NCBI GenBank assembly: GCA_965645245.1
Contig: OZ287070.1
Coordinates: forward strand, 1,860,001-1,924,000
Direction of reading: 5' to 3'
Length of the DNA stretch: 64,000 bases
Source of the DNA: Massalongia carnosa
Lineage: Eukaryota
A program made the position numbers and the translations under genes. Each line of letters begins with the position of its first letter. Within the stretch, counting starts at the first letter, position 1. Positions 49,950 through 63,709 of this stretch are shown piece by piece. The notes under the pieces are model-generated. The model saw only the letters and a program-made list of their open reading frames with translations, had not been told where the DNA came from and searched no databases.

Positions 49950-52318
49950 ATGATCACTCCACGAAACATACTCCTCTTCTTGCTGTCCACATTTTCTCTC
50001 GCTGCACTGCTATACTACACAATTCTGCCACAAGGTCCGTACCTCTTCGGTTCAAATGATCCGTTAGCCGGCTCTACCACGTCTACAATGGTTCTACGCG
50101 CCGACAAGTTCACCCCAGAGTTAGTCGAAAGCTTACAAAAGCTGACAACATCTCAATTGACTGAATTTGAACTAGGGTATTGCTCAGCGCACCTCGAAGG
50201 TCAACGGCGGTGCCAAACTCTAATGGCACTTTGGCTCTTCATACTGTTACTACTTACTCATTCGAGTCGCATAAGAAAAGTTCAGAAATCAGGGTGCTAG
50301 AAATCAAGACTGGGCAATCCTTTTTGGTCACGAACGATGAAAAGGCCAGCGAGCCTAATTGGCTCGGAGAGGAGAATCAACTTATATGGCTAAAGGAAGG
50401 CGAAAAAGGCGTTACGCATATAATACATGGAGATTTAGAGAACCCTGGGCACACCTATATAATCGGTGATGTGCCAGGACCAATCTCTGATATTAAACTG
50501 AAAGTTTTCGGTGATGGACGGGCAGCTATCGCAGTTGTAGGAAAGGCACGCCCCGACGGTTCTTTGTACAATGCCAACGACGAACCCAAGAAATACTCGT
50601 CTGGACTTGTGTACGACTCGCTCATGGTACGTCATTGGGACAAGTACGAGACACACAATAAGAATGCTATCTGGTATGGTAGTGTACGAAAATCCCAACC
50701 GTCCATGAAGTCATCAAGACGCCGGTATACCTTGTCAAAGCTTACCAACGCCTTGAAGGATACCCATCTGGAGTCTCCGATACCTGCGTTCGGTGGCACC
50801 GATCATTTCGATATTAGTAGCACAGGAATCATATTTGTAGCTAAGGACCCTGCTCTGAATCCAGCGACTAACACTAAATGCAATTTCTACTTCTTGATGG
50901 TATCAGACTTCTCAAAGCCATCCAAATCAAAGCTGGAGAGAATCGAGATTGAAGACCTTGATGGGGCAGCTGCTGGGCCGGTTTTTTCCCCAACTGGCAC
51001 AGCTGCTGCTTTTTTGAAGATGGAGAAGAACGGCTATGAAAGCGATAAGAATCGAATTATTTTGATACCCGATGTTAGGGTGCCTTGGACGGCAATCGAA
51101 CTTTTGAAGTCAGACGATGGCAAGGGTCTCTGGGACAGAAGCCCGAGCGCAATTTGGTGGAGTCAGGATAGCAAAAGCTTGTATATGAGCGCGGAAGAGA
51201 ATGGCAAAGTGCTTTTGTATCAACTAGATTTACCAGCAATTCCACCAGACATCGGCGAGCTACCCCGACCGCTGACGAAAGCTGGATCCGTTTCCGAGGT
51301 CAAGCCGCTATCCAGTAAATCGTCTTCTTTATTCGTTTCGAGCACGAATCTAGTAGACAATAGTTTCTACACAATCATTGACCCGTCAAACCCTTCAGAC
51401 GCACGGCAAATATCTTCGAATTCCCGTAATGGCATAACTTTTAGGCTTTCGAAAAATCAAATTTCAGACATCTGGTTCAAAGGATCTGGCGACTATAACG
51501 TACATGCATGGGTTATAAAACCATCTAATTTTACCCCAGGTAAGAAATACCCTTTAGCCTACCTCATTCACGGTGGTCCGCAGGGGGCATGGACCGATCA
51601 ATGGAGCACGCGCTGGAACCCGGCCGTCTTCGCCGAGCAAGGTTACGTAGTCATCACCCCAAATCCCACCGGCAGTACAGGCTACGGCCAAGCCTTCTGC
51701 GACGCGATCCAAAAATCTTGGGGCGGTCTTCCTTATGAAGATCTCGTCCACGGCTTCATGTATATTAAGGAAAACCTCTCCTATGTCGACACCACACGCG
51801 CCGTTGCCCTCGGCGCTTCGTACGGCGGCTACATGATGAACTGGATTCAGGGCCACTCGCTCGGCCAGGAGTTCAAGGCCCTCGTGTGTCATGACGGCGT
51901 CTTCAACATGGCAAACCAGCTCGCCAGCGACGAGCAATACTTCCCCAACCATGATCTTGGCGGCCCCTTATGGACCGCCGTCGACGGATGGGAGCGCTGG
52001 AATCCAGCGCGCTTCACGGGCTCGTGGGCCACGCCGCAGCTCGTCATTCACAACGAACTAGACTACCGCTTGCCCATCAGCGAGGGTTTGGCCGCATTCA
52101 ACGTGCTGCAGGAGCGGGGGGTGGAGTCGCGCTTTCTGACGTTTCCGGACGAAAATCATTGGGTGGTAAAGGAGGAGAATAGTCTTGTTTGGCATACCGT
52201 CGTGTTGAACTTTATTAATAAATTCGTGGGCTTGCCACCTTTTCGAGAGGAGGCAGAGCAGGGTTTTGAGGTGCAGGGTAAGCCGCTCGTGGAGGAGCAA
52301 AAGTTAAACTTGAAATAG
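49950..52318 (+). CDS. Dipeptidyl-peptidase V-like S9 peptidase; intron 50120-50175
   Basis: KFTPE|VLLSAPRR, IHGGPQGAW, GASYGG nucleophile, ELDYRLP, FPDENHWV triad. Second in-frame ATG at 50088. Confidence 0.92.
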
Positions 52319-54391
52319 GAAGCTGAGGGGTCTGGTCATGGGTTGTATTTCTCTTTATGCTTAATCGGTCTTTTAGCAGCCTTTGCTATGTTAGTCTTAC
52401 TCCCCTTCCCTTCCTCGTTTGTTCACGGTAGAATCGCATTGCCTCAACCTTTCTTCTACGAGGTATCTACCAAAACAGTGCTCCATTATCCACCCCCTCT
52501 CTTATAATATATCCTAACGTATCTTTTTATTGTCAAAAACTTTGATTTTATTTTAAAACACAAGAACCCCCTCGTGCTCAAGTTCCTTTCACCAAGACCC
52601 CCTAACCAGAATCCCCACCATCCCCTTTCCCCTCCCAAAAAAAGTCCATAGAAGAAACACCATCCATTCTTAACTCCAAACACATATAACATAGTGGCTG
52701 ATAGATCGACACAATCATCCTTTCAGAGGAAACAACATATCCGTACCTGTGCTCCATAAGGTTTCATGATTGACCAATCAGACCAATCAAAAGCTTTGCT
52801 TTTCTTATCAGAATGGATGCTTACACCTGAGGACGGCCTGGGTTGTGACCTAAAGTCATCAATGCGCCGGTAGCTGACTTCGCCTGCGTACTACTATACG
52901 CGGAGGACCATGATTGGAAGAACCCTAATCTCTCCGGCGTGGGCATTCAAGTTCGTCCAGCCGCCATAATTCCCATCGACTCAGCCGTGTGCTACAGCGA
53001 CCCTAATCTTGCTCCGTCCTCTTTGAGGGATATTTCGTTCTTCAGATCGGCATTTGATACTAAGCCTCGGTAATGCCTACTACTAATCCAGATCCTGCTT
53101 GGGGCATTCCATTTCATGACTCCTGCTAGAATCTATCAATCGTGCTACATCACCCGGGAGAAGTCGATATCCAGCTCCTTAACACCATGTGTCGATCATG
53201 TCTCATGCATTAGAATTATCTAAACTAGGGGGCCATGGTTATGGAGGGCTATTAAAATATACAACCTCCATTCTGGAGAAGATTGTGAGCTTCGGGAGAA
53301 ATGAAACATTGATCATTGGTCGAGGATTTCGTTCAGCGACTCTCGTATCATTTTGATCTTCTGGATGTGCTTAGCCTTCAACGACTATTAACTCAGAGCT
53401 TCAGTCGAAATCAAACCGCCGAGTAAGAAGTCAGTGAATTTTCTAATATCGTCGTTGGATCACATGGTCGCTTTGCAACGTCGATGGTGGAGATTCTCCA
53501 GGAAACTTTACTCTATCTACTCATCTAGGGACATTTTGAATCTAAAACTCGCGTCGGCGGTGTTTGCCTCAATACCGCTGGTTAAAGTTTCTTGAGCCTC
53601 TCGATTTCAGCGTGGGTTTGAAGTCCATTACATTCACGAAGCTCGCACTTGCTCCGTTAAGAAATGCTCCTGGAAGACACTTTACTTTGGCGTCAAAGAT
53701 CCAAAAGGATCCCCAAGACGCGACTAATTGCGAGCCGTCCATGTTATATAACTGTGAAAAGTGGGTTCGATGTAGGCTATTTTTGATCTACAGAGTGTGC
53801 CTTTATTCCGCCAATCTTAAAAAGACATTCAAAACTAAATAGCACCTTTGAGCATCGCGGACCAAAAATACTATTAAATATTAGAAACTATATCCCTCAC
53901 GCGGGCCGCTCAACTCTCAACAAAGCCAGCTTATTACGCCTTGATGTTCCATGTACTTCCCTACTACACAATCGATAGTTGGCAATGTATCGAGGGCTAT
54001 TTTTGTTTGGCGGAGACATGTGGTCCCTACTCCACCTAGTCCCCTCCTCTTGGGGGGCGATGGGAGGGGGAGCGGCGAATTGCAACCATCAAAAACACCC
54101 CATCCGTTCAGCTATTTGGTTAGTTACACTGATGTCCGATTACCACCAAAAAAGTATAGAAAAAAGCTGTTTGTTGAATAGATATTAAGTGTTATTTTAT
54201 GTGACTACCCTCTCTCCTACCTCCCTAAATAATCCAAACAGCAAAGGATGGACCAATCACAGAGAGTAAGCGAGCCAGAGGGAGATAGAGAAATGGATGA
54301 ATGGTGTAGGTCCCTGGAGAGGGGGAAAGAAGCTTGGGGGGGTTTCATTTATGTACATAGCTGGCTGGGGAAGAGGGATGGGATATAGGGG

Positions 54392-54415
54392 CTCTCTCTC
54401 TCTCTCTCTCTCTCT
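54392..54415. repeat. (CT)12 microsatellite
   Basis: Perfect CT run. Confidence 0.95.
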
Positions 54416-54794
54416 TGACCGTGAGAGGGCAAGCTAGTAAGCTAGGAAGATACACTGTAGCTTTGATAGATTCGGATTTTTCAGTCCCAGCCTCTCTCCG
54501 CTCGCGGCGTATCGATCGATTAATCAATACCTCTTTCACTCCTCTGTTAGCCGTCTTCCATCGCTCCCACCTCATCTCACCTAGCGTGAACTGAACCACG
54601 TACAAGTCTCCCTTACCTCCTTTCTCCCCCCTAAAACCAAATCCTACCAAAATTCCAGTTTCTTGACTCAGGGTGAAGCTGTGGGTGGGTAGGTATTAGA
54701 TTGGGGGAAATCACCTATATTACGAAACGGAACTTACTGGGAAGGGGAAGGAGAAGGGGGGGTTTTTTGAGCCATGGGTGTGGATGGCATGCAT

Positions 54795-54820
54795 GGACGG
54801 ACGGATGGATGGACGGATGG
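54795..54820. repeat. (GGAY)6 tetranucleotide microsatellite
   Basis: GGAC GGAC GGAT GGAT GGAC GGAT GG. Confidence 0.85.
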
Positions 54821-55064
54821 CTGTGCAGAATTCGATTTGAATTCCTTAGGTAGCTAGCTAGGTAGAGAGATAGACAATCTGGGAGTTCTTGGGCAACTGT
54901 CGAGAAGCTATCTCCCCGTCCTCCTCCCCAGACAGATGGATCCACAAACCGCTGCTGCCGCAAATCAGTCATGAGCAACCCACGCTTGGCATTCGGCAAC
55001 CAACCACCTAGCCATAGCTCCCTCACCCATCCTCACCTAACCTTCTTCCCAAGATAAAAACGTT

Positions 55065-55724
55065 CTACCACGCCCCCTTTCCCACCCTCTCCCTCTCCCT
55101 CTCCCTCTCCACCCGCCTGCCCACCTCACTCTCCACCCACCGCTCCATCGCCCGTTCCGCCTCCCTCGCCGCCTCCGCGCCGTCTAGGTCCGGGCTTTCG
55201 CACCCTTGCATGCCGATGAAGCGCCCAAAGCGCCGGCGCCGGTCCGCGATCGGGGCTTTCCCTGTGATGGGCTGGGGGGGGTTGAGGCCCATGATGGCGG
55301 CGCAGACGGTGTCGATACTGGTCGCGGGGGTGCGGGTGAATTTTGGGCTTTGTGGATAGGAGCTTTGCGGGTTTAAGTGCTGTTGGGTGCTGTTGCTGTA
55401 GCACTGATTGATTGGGTTGTTGGGATGAGGCTGGTCATTTTGGTTGGTGGTAGAAATGGCCCACCGATCGGCGATGCTAAGTGGGTAGCCCCAGCTTTCG
55501 GCCTTGGGGCTGCTTTGATGGTAGTGGTGCGCTAGATCGTTCAGCTGTGGCGATGTGAGGAGGTGGTAGTGTAGGATTGTACTTGGGAAGGCGGGGTGCG
55601 CAGTAGCGGTTGTGATTGAGAGGAGGGGACGGAGCGGTGTGAGAAGGTGACCGAGTTGCCGGCGGAAGAGACGGCGGTGGAGGAGCGATTGACGTGAGCG
55701 TCGGGCTTGGTGATGCATTATCAA
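55065..55724 (-). CDS. Conserved small fungal protein of unknown function
   Basis: Motifs HPAFPSTILHYHLLT..QL..LAHHYHQ and RRRFGRFIGMQGCESP resemble a family I recall being loosely labelled beta-xylosidase; no glycoside hydrolase domain is evident. Confidence 0.7.
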   Translation of the reverse strand: MIMHHQARRSRQSLLHRRLFRRQLGHLLTPLRPLLSITTATAHPAFPSTILHYHLLTSPQLNDLAHHYHQSSPKAESWGYPLSIADRWAISTTNQNDQPHPNNPINQCYSNSTQQHLNPQSSYPQSPKFTRTPATSIDTVCAAIMGLNPPQPITGKAPIADRRRRFGRFIGMQGCESPDLDGAEAAREAERAMERWVESEVGRRVERERERERVGKGAW

Positions 55725-56554
55725 TATTTCTTAGGAGATTAGATATAATTGATGAGGTTTGGTTTTTTGGGGGTGAAAGGTGAAGAGAATGTGAGAATGG
55801 TTGAAGCTGTAGGTGGCTGGAAAAGTGAGCAAAGATAGATCTAAAAGAATGTAGTAGATGAACTAAGAAGCAAGTTTAAGGGGAAAATGTGTAGAGACTA
55901 TGTGTTAGGTGCTTGGATCAACCATGAGCCCCGTGTTTTATTTTATGAGTTTTTTCTGAATATTTTAAGAGGAGTTTTATTCCAAGACTGAACTGATGAG
56001 ATGGGAAGGTGATTGGATTATTAACGTCTCGTTGATTCATTATTATCAAGCTGGAAGATTACCTTTGTCTCGAATCTCGGGCTCGAGGATTCTTTTTCTG
56101 CAAGTCGGGTGGCGTGCGTAAGGCATCTTAACATGTACATCATTTAACTAGTCTTTTCTCTTTGATCGGATGGGCAGAACGCAGTTCGTTCATTTTGAGT
56201 AAGTATTCTTTGTGATCCACAAGCGGCTTTACTTCTTATCCTGTTAGGTTCATTGAGTGTTGGACGTTCTTCCAGTACTTCTCATCCTCGATGGTAACGA
56301 CCTGACGAATACTCAACTGTCTTATCAAAGGGGATCTTTCGCTTTGATGCATACCACACGTCTGCCATCGTGATGCTATGTATGATACCGCGTGTATATC
56401 ATGATAGCTTCTTGTCTGTTGTTGAACTAAGAAAATGATGCTCCACGGATTAAATAACCTCCGACCCCAGCGTGTGCTAAATGAGCACGTGATCATGAAC
56501 GCGCCTTCTCATTGGCGGATCCTAAACATGCCATACCATGCCCTACCTTCTAGC

Positions 56555-59500
56555 TCACTCCCCATCCTCCTCCTCCTCGTCTTCATCCTCATCCATACCG
56601 TCCGCAGCCATAACTTTGAACCTGGGATCCTGATCCACACCGACGTAGCTGTCGCTCATCAAATAAAGTGTAAGATCATATTCCCCGGGCGTCGGTACGA
56701 CAAACTCTAGCCGTACTTCTAGCCTCCGCGCAATCGTGACCCGCTTGATAGCCAGCAAGCTGCCCGTCTTCTCCTCACCGCACACCAACCACCAGTTCTC
56801 CGTTTTACGCTGCGGATAAAATGGGGCATGAACCGTCGTGTCCGGCTCCTTTTTCTCGTCAGCATCGTCATCGTCATCGTCGACTTCGCGCTCGATTTTG
56901 ATCTGGAGGTGGGCAGGCGCGTTGGCAGTAACTGAATCGGGATCTTCGAGCTCAAACTCAAGGTCTAGGTTTGGGTATTTTGTGTTAGTAAAGGACGCCG
57001 CTTGAGCGAGTTGGGCGTTTGAGAGGCCGAGGCTCTTGATAAGGGAGGCGTGGTTGGGGTTTTCCGAAGGGTCCATTGCTTCCATGAATTCGAAGATATC
57101 CTTGGCGCTGTAGTGTGAAGAGGGTGGTTAGAGAATTGAGTTTGGATCGAGAAAGAGGAAATGAGACGGAACAAAGGGGTGGATTGGAGGAGGGAGGCAA
57201 AGGGGCACATACCCAGATTCATTGGCTGCCTTGATTGCTTCGGCGTTAAAGAACGGAATTTGTTTGAGAGGGCTGTCGCGATCCCACATAGCCTGCACGA
57301 CCATTTGTGACATTTCCATCGCGCTTATAGCGTTCAGGTGTCCGTCAGAGGAAAGTACGTCGACGCAGCCGCTAAGGAGGTTAAGGACCCTAGAGAGGAT
57401 CAACTCTTGATCTTTGGCGAGATCAGCGGGCAGTTGCATGCGAGAGAAGTGGGCTTGGAGCAATACAAAAGCTTTGAAATGCGGCGACTCAAACGCGGGT
57501 TGGGTCATCTTCACTGGTACGCGGTCGTAGATTCGTCGGAGGATGTTGTCTTCGTGACGTCGGATTTGGATCGACTCGAACTCGGTGGCAGAGGTGACGA
57601 TCTCAAGGATACCTTTGAGTTTGGTTCGCCCGCTTAAGGACAGGATGAATGTTTGCATGGTAATAAAGGAGATATTGTAGTATGCTGCTATCATGGCGGG
57701 ATTGAGTGGAGTGATAGTGTCATCCTCTTCGTCTAGTTCGATGATCTTTGCTTCGGCCAGTTCCTTGAGGGTATTTTCCACAAGCTCGGAGAGATGCGTG
57801 CTCAATCCTTCGTGGGAGGTATCAGTTAGTCCGTAGTAACTCGGGTTGGCCAATAAGCGTCGGTAAAAGTAGGTGTATGTGGCCCAGTCAACTGCGTCCT
57901 GCGTAGAAGCAATGATCTTCGTGCTTATCTCGGAGACAAAGGCGTCGTGTAAATATGATTGAAGATGACTCTCGATTGGGAGAGCTTCATTTAGAAACTT
58001 TTTGTAATACTCCCGCTTCACTGCTGGAACCATAAGTACGCCTCGACTTGACTTATCTTCCAATGGCCTACTAGCCTTTCCAAACATTTGAAGGATTTCA
58101 ATGATCGGATAATCAATGTATCGATGCTCTCGACCTTCGAAAAATTGAGTTCCCATGACAATCACTAAATGAGCGGTGTGATCAAGTTCCCAGCATACAT
58201 CTCGTGAGGCAACCATGATCTGAATGGCTCCAATGGAGTATAGATGAGAGACAATCTTCTTATCGTTGCTACTCAATGCTTCGTGAAAGTACCCAATTCC
58301 ATGCGAAATAGATTCAGCGAGGGCGCTCTCCTGCACACGATTAAGAAGCGGGGCTATCTCATCGATTCTAGCGTGTAGGAATCTATCTTCATCGCCATCT
58401 GCCAAAGAAGCTGCGAGTAGGTCGAGGGCAGTTTGCCGCGATTGTTTGCGACTCGGTACGAATATAATTGATGGTTTATCGGAAGACATTTGAAGAATCG
58501 CAGCGTAGGTAGGCTTTGCCATAGCTAGCATTAAGGACGGGAAATGGGGTATCGTAAATGATTGGATGTGTAGTTCGAGGGAAATAGGTCGAACATGAGG
58601 GCTGAAGTTATAGATGGTATGTTTTGTAGCCCCAAGCCACTCGCCAATATCTCTTGCATTAGACAGTGAGACGCTTAACCCTACTAGCCTCATGTTATTC
58701 TCAGTTTGAAGTGCAACATAATGCATGCGTGATACGATAATCTCGTATATGAAACCGCCGTGTCCACCAAGTGTATGAAGCTCATCGGCGATGAAGAGCT
58801 GGACAGTTTGCACGTTTTTTCGACGCTGCCATTGGCGAGATAGAACATCCCACTGTGTAGGTGTAGCTAGGATAAGATCACCCTTCTCTAATATTCGAAG
58901 ATCGGCAGTCGTCTCCCCGGTAAGCTTGGAAATTTGCTTTCCGCCACTAATCTTGCCTAATCTATTATTCCAATCTGATAGCCGTTGATCCACAAGTTCT
59001 TGAAATGGAGCTATATAGACAGCACGACCTTTCGATGGCGAAGACCAATGCCGTAAGAGAGCAAACTCCGCACAGACCGTTTTGCCACTACCTGTAGGCG
59101 CACCAACAAAGACGTTGTCATTGGTAGTGAATAGGGAGCTGAAAACTTGGGTTTGCACCTTGTTGAATTTTTGAAATTGAGGATAGAGATCCTGGAACTC
59201 CTTTTTCTTGAGAGCTGACACAGGTAATGGTTGTAGATCTAACAAGGGTGTATGAGCAGGAAACTTCTCTGGCAGGACTAGCTTGTCAAAAGATACTGCG
59301 AGTTTGGTCTCTGACTGTAGCCAGCGGTCTGATAACAGAGAGATAAAGTAGTTCGGGGGCATTGGCTCTGTAATCGGAACGGTAAACTCGACTAAATGCT
59401 CATTCATTTCCGATTCGGCATAGCTGCGCCGCAATAAAAACTGATCATGGAATAAGATATCCTCGCCGTCACAATCCTCAACTATGATCCAGAAGTTTTC

Positions 59501-62500
59501 CGCTGAGCCGTGTACAAACTCATCCCATTGGAAATTAGGTGTGATTGTTAGCTCCACTCGAAGCATAGACCTTGTTACCGGTTGAACTTGTGCTTGGACA
59601 TCTAGTCTGGGAAATCTTTGAACCAAGTTGCATACTTGCTTACCTGCCTTCGCCATCCCCATGAGCTCTCCCATTCGAGGGGGGTCAAGATCAAAGTAGC
59701 TCGTCCAAGGAACGTCGATTTTCTCCGCCTTCTGAATGATATCCTTCGGACACGAGGGGAATTGACGTAGAGGAGTCATGGTTGGCCACATTCGTCGCTC
59801 TGCCATTTTGCATAGGTCAAGGGCAGTTTTCGCGACAGAAGACCAGTTCTTCTTCAAGCAAATTTCAAATATCGCGCGCAAAATACGACCAGCCGACTGC
59901 GTAACATAGACCAAATCGGCCATCAGCGCAAGACCTTCAAGCTTGAGCCGTGAAATATATGCTTGAAGAAGAACATTGATCTTTGCGTGAGGTTCCTCGA
60001 TGCTCTCCTTGACTGGAATAGGTACTCGACCCAGAAGTTTCGCAAGCTCGAGCTTCTCATCCTGCCGCACAGGGATGTATTTAAATTCGTCGCTCAGGGC
60101 AAATACTCTGAAGAGTTCAATCGGCGTGATCATTGGCTGGATATGATGATTGTAGGTTAGCATTGAGCTGTGGGTGATATAGTAATGTGATGCAATCCGG
60201 CCAAGCTCCGTAGCTTGAAGCTTGCCAGACCTTTTGTCGTATTTAACAAGGCTAGATTTTTCAAGGACCGTAGCAGCCGAATGCACAAGATCGACACGCT
60301 TCTGCTCAAGGGCATCATCATCCTCGTACTCGGCACCAACGCTGTACAGGCCGGGCGATCGCAGCATTCGTATGAAGAGGTATGTATAACCAAGCCATTC
60401 AACCGCTTCATCTCGGCTTCGAACATTTCCAAGCACAATTTCAGCGTTCAAATTATCGGCCAACTTGCTGATAAATTGACTTTCAATAGGGAGTTGCTGG
60501 TTCATGAGCGACAGATAATATTGCATTTCTGTTTGGGTAGTAATGATGATCCCCTCTCCAAACGTGTCGTATTGAGGTCTCCCTGCTCGCCCAAGCATTT
60601 GTAACACATCTTGAGGACTAAGTTCCACCCAGCTTCCCTTCTCTGGTGAGTAAATCTGAGTTCCTTTGATGACGACGGTATGTGCAGGCAAATTAACTCC
60701 CCATGCTAAAGTTGCCGTACACACTAAAACCTGGAGCATACCATCGGCAAATAAATCCTCCACAGAGCTACGATCAGCGCGGCTCATACCTGCATGATGT
60801 ATGCCGAATCCGTAGGGCATCAAGTCTTTCAGGTCTCTGTCAACCACTCCATCGGCCTCTTCTGTTAGAACTTCCCGACTTGCGGCGTCGCTGCGGAGTA
60901 TTTGCCCTATAGTTTCGAGTTCAAGTGCCTTGTCCCGAATAAACTTGGCTGTTTTGGCAGTCTCCTTTCGAGAATGTACAAAGATCAACATCTGCTGTTT
61001 GTTTGCGCCGACTTGTTCCATAACCTTGGTGTAGCAAACATCGTTCATGATTTTCAGCTGCTTTATGGCCTTTTTATCAGTCACGCCAATGAATTCCTGA
61101 CGAAGGGGGCATGGTCTGTAAGAGCCATCAAAATGAAATAGCCCATTTATTGGATCGACTCGCAAGAAGCTTGCGACATCTCTATAGTTTGGCAAAGTAG
61201 CGCTCAGACCTACCAACCGCACCGGATCTCCAGTTTGCTCGATCTTGCGTATCGTTCGACTAACAATACTTTCAAGTACTGGACCTCGGTCATCATGCAG
61301 AAGATGAATTTCATCAATGACGATGAGCCTTACAAGGTTGGTATAGCTCATATCCGTCGCTTTACGAGTGATGACGTCCCATTTCTCCGGGGTTGTGACA
61401 ATAATCTGCGTGTCAGCAATCTGTTGCTTTGTGAGCTGGCGATCGCCAGTAAGTTCTGATACTTTTATGCCATAGGGCTCTAGACGTTTTCCAAAATTAC
61501 CTACTTGCTCTTGGACCAAGGCTTTCAAAGGAGCTATGTAAACAATCTTAAAGTCATCAAGCATTATCTCTCCGGATTGTGGGTTTCGGTTCTTCCCAAT
61601 CTCACGGAGTATCGCGAGCATGGCAACATTCGTTTTACCAGAACCGGTGGGAGCACATATTAGCATATTACTGTCGTCATTAAAGGCGGTGGGGAAGCAT
61701 CTGGTTTGGATACGATTGAGCTCTTTAGAAGTTCCAAATCCTTGCCTCGCCCACTCAGGCAATTCTGAAGTTAGCATGTTGCTACGCTCATTAGCATCTT
61801 TGCGCGCCTTGGGTGCTGGAACATGAATCTCTTCGTAACCTTTGAAAGTTCGCTTTGTTGATCCCTGGGGAAGCTTGACATTGGGGTTCGTCATTAAATG
61901 GTTCCCTTGATCAAAAACGAGATTTTCTAGGTTGATTAGCCTCTTTGGCTGAAGGCCTCCTACTAAAGCTCCTTCCTTCCCAGATTCGTTTAAGGCCCCA
62001 TTCGATTGTGCCGATGGGACATCAATATCCATAAGTTCAAGCTTGAGCTTCTTTAGAGGTTTGGCAAAGCCATCGTTAGTTTGCTCATTCCGGCCATGAA
62101 GCTCGTTTAAAATATCCCGATGACCGTTGGCTACCATCTCACTTTCGACGCGAGCTCTAACTTCGTTGTCTTCAGCGGCTCTTCGCCAGCGAGTGACCCA
62201 TACTACCTTGTCCCGATTGATAATCAGCTTCTCCACTAACTCATGATGCTCATAATCAAACAACTCCATCAGATCATTTTCAGTTTCTCTGAGAGACTTC
62301 TCTTCGCCATTTGCTGAGATACCAGCAAGAATTTGTAGTCCTTCCTGGGTTTTGGACTGTTGAACGTGTGCATCTGTATATATCGCACCGATCTGTCGTT
62401 GAAGCCAATAGGCATCAATATCACGGACTGAAATAAAGTTTTTTCCAGCAACTTCATCTTTTTTAGATGTAACTCCATCGATATTTCCGTCAATAATCAT

Positions 62501-63373
62501 CTCTTCACCTTCTCCAACGTCCCCCTCATCCGCAGGTCTCGAAGGCTGTTCATCAGCATCGCCTTCCTCGGCACCAGGCCTATCGTCTGCATTGTCGGGT
62601 TCTTCATCCGAAGAGGGTTCGTCTTCATCTCTAACCTCATATGTACCAGCAGCACCTTCTTCGTCGTCATCAGACTCGTCGAACACAACCGCCACACCTT
62701 GTTTTTCGTCCAGCTCAGTTTCATTTTCTGCGGTGCCACCACCATCATCATTCATATTGACATCCTCATCTTGACCATCGTAATCCGTAATCTTTTTACC
62801 CAAGTTTACCAGCTCATTAAATTCCTTTGATCCCATTATGATGCCTAGAAGATCATCGACCTCTTTCTTTTTGTCAAGATCCTTCATATCTTCGTCCTTG
62901 AGAAGCTCAAGTATGGCATCCGCTGCACTTCTGACAACCTCGTGGGGGACATCGCCAAGGTTATTTGCAGTGGTTGTAAGTATCAGGTCATAGGTCTGAC
63001 GTGTTGCTTGAGTTCGCGGTCTGTACTTCAGGCCTTCTACCAACGCATCTGCTGCGGAGAGGATGCCTGCTCCACGTAGTTGCGCTGGCTCTCCCCGTTT
63101 TCGCTTCTTTTGCTCTCGCTCCAGCACATCCTCTCCTTCCCTTATGTTACCCCGCTCAACATTTTTTGGTCCCACCACCTTTTTTTTCTGCTTTGGCGCA
63201 TCGTCCCGTGCATTTCTCGAGCCCATGTCCCTAATATTGATGCGCCCTGCCAAAGACTCGGGATCGCCGGTTACTTCATCGTTGCGCCGAGTGCTGAATC
63301 GGCGATCATGTTGCAATACCAAATTTGACATAGCAGCATACTTGTACTGCTGGATATTGTTGGGGTCTGCCAT
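56555..63373 (-). CDS. BRR2: U5 snRNP 200-kDa helicase; intron 57212-57108
   Basis: YKYAAMSNLVLQ, two helicase cassettes (APTGSGKT/DEIH and APTGSGKT/DELH), Sec63 domains, C-terminal LMSDSYVGVDQ. ATG at 63373 (aaaATGg). Confidence 0.97.
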
Positions 63374-63709
63374 TTTGGACGATTGGATGCTCGGTATAGC
63401 GACTATTGCGCAAGAACAGCTATGTGTAAAGCCGGCCTTAGCCAAATATTGAGCTTGTTTGTATCACGAAAAGGATTTAGAGACCCTAAGATCTCTAATT
63501 CAGGTAAGTCATGGGCAGTTTTAAATGGCAACAGTCTTAGAGGGACTGAATAATTGAGATGACTGAAGGCAATCATACCACCCCGACTAGCGCTAGAAAC
63601 TTTTTATGCAGCCTTATTACGCGTTAGATTTGCCGCCATAAGCACGCCTAGGGTGGTCTTTAAGTCACTTTACAGATGGAAGCTATCCTCTTAATAAATA
63701 AACCTTGTA

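Noticed and set aside
7208..63373. Apparent enrichment of RNA-processing genes (RCL1, PWI protein, eIF4A, NOP14, DEAD-box, PPR, BRR2)
   Set aside because: They belong to different pathways and are interspersed with unrelated genes; consistent with an ordinary housekeeping region.
63374..63445. 24-aa TTG-initiated N-terminal extension of BRR2 in the ORF track
   Set aside because: Artefact of allowing non-ATG starts; the recognisable sequence begins at the strong-context ATG 63373.
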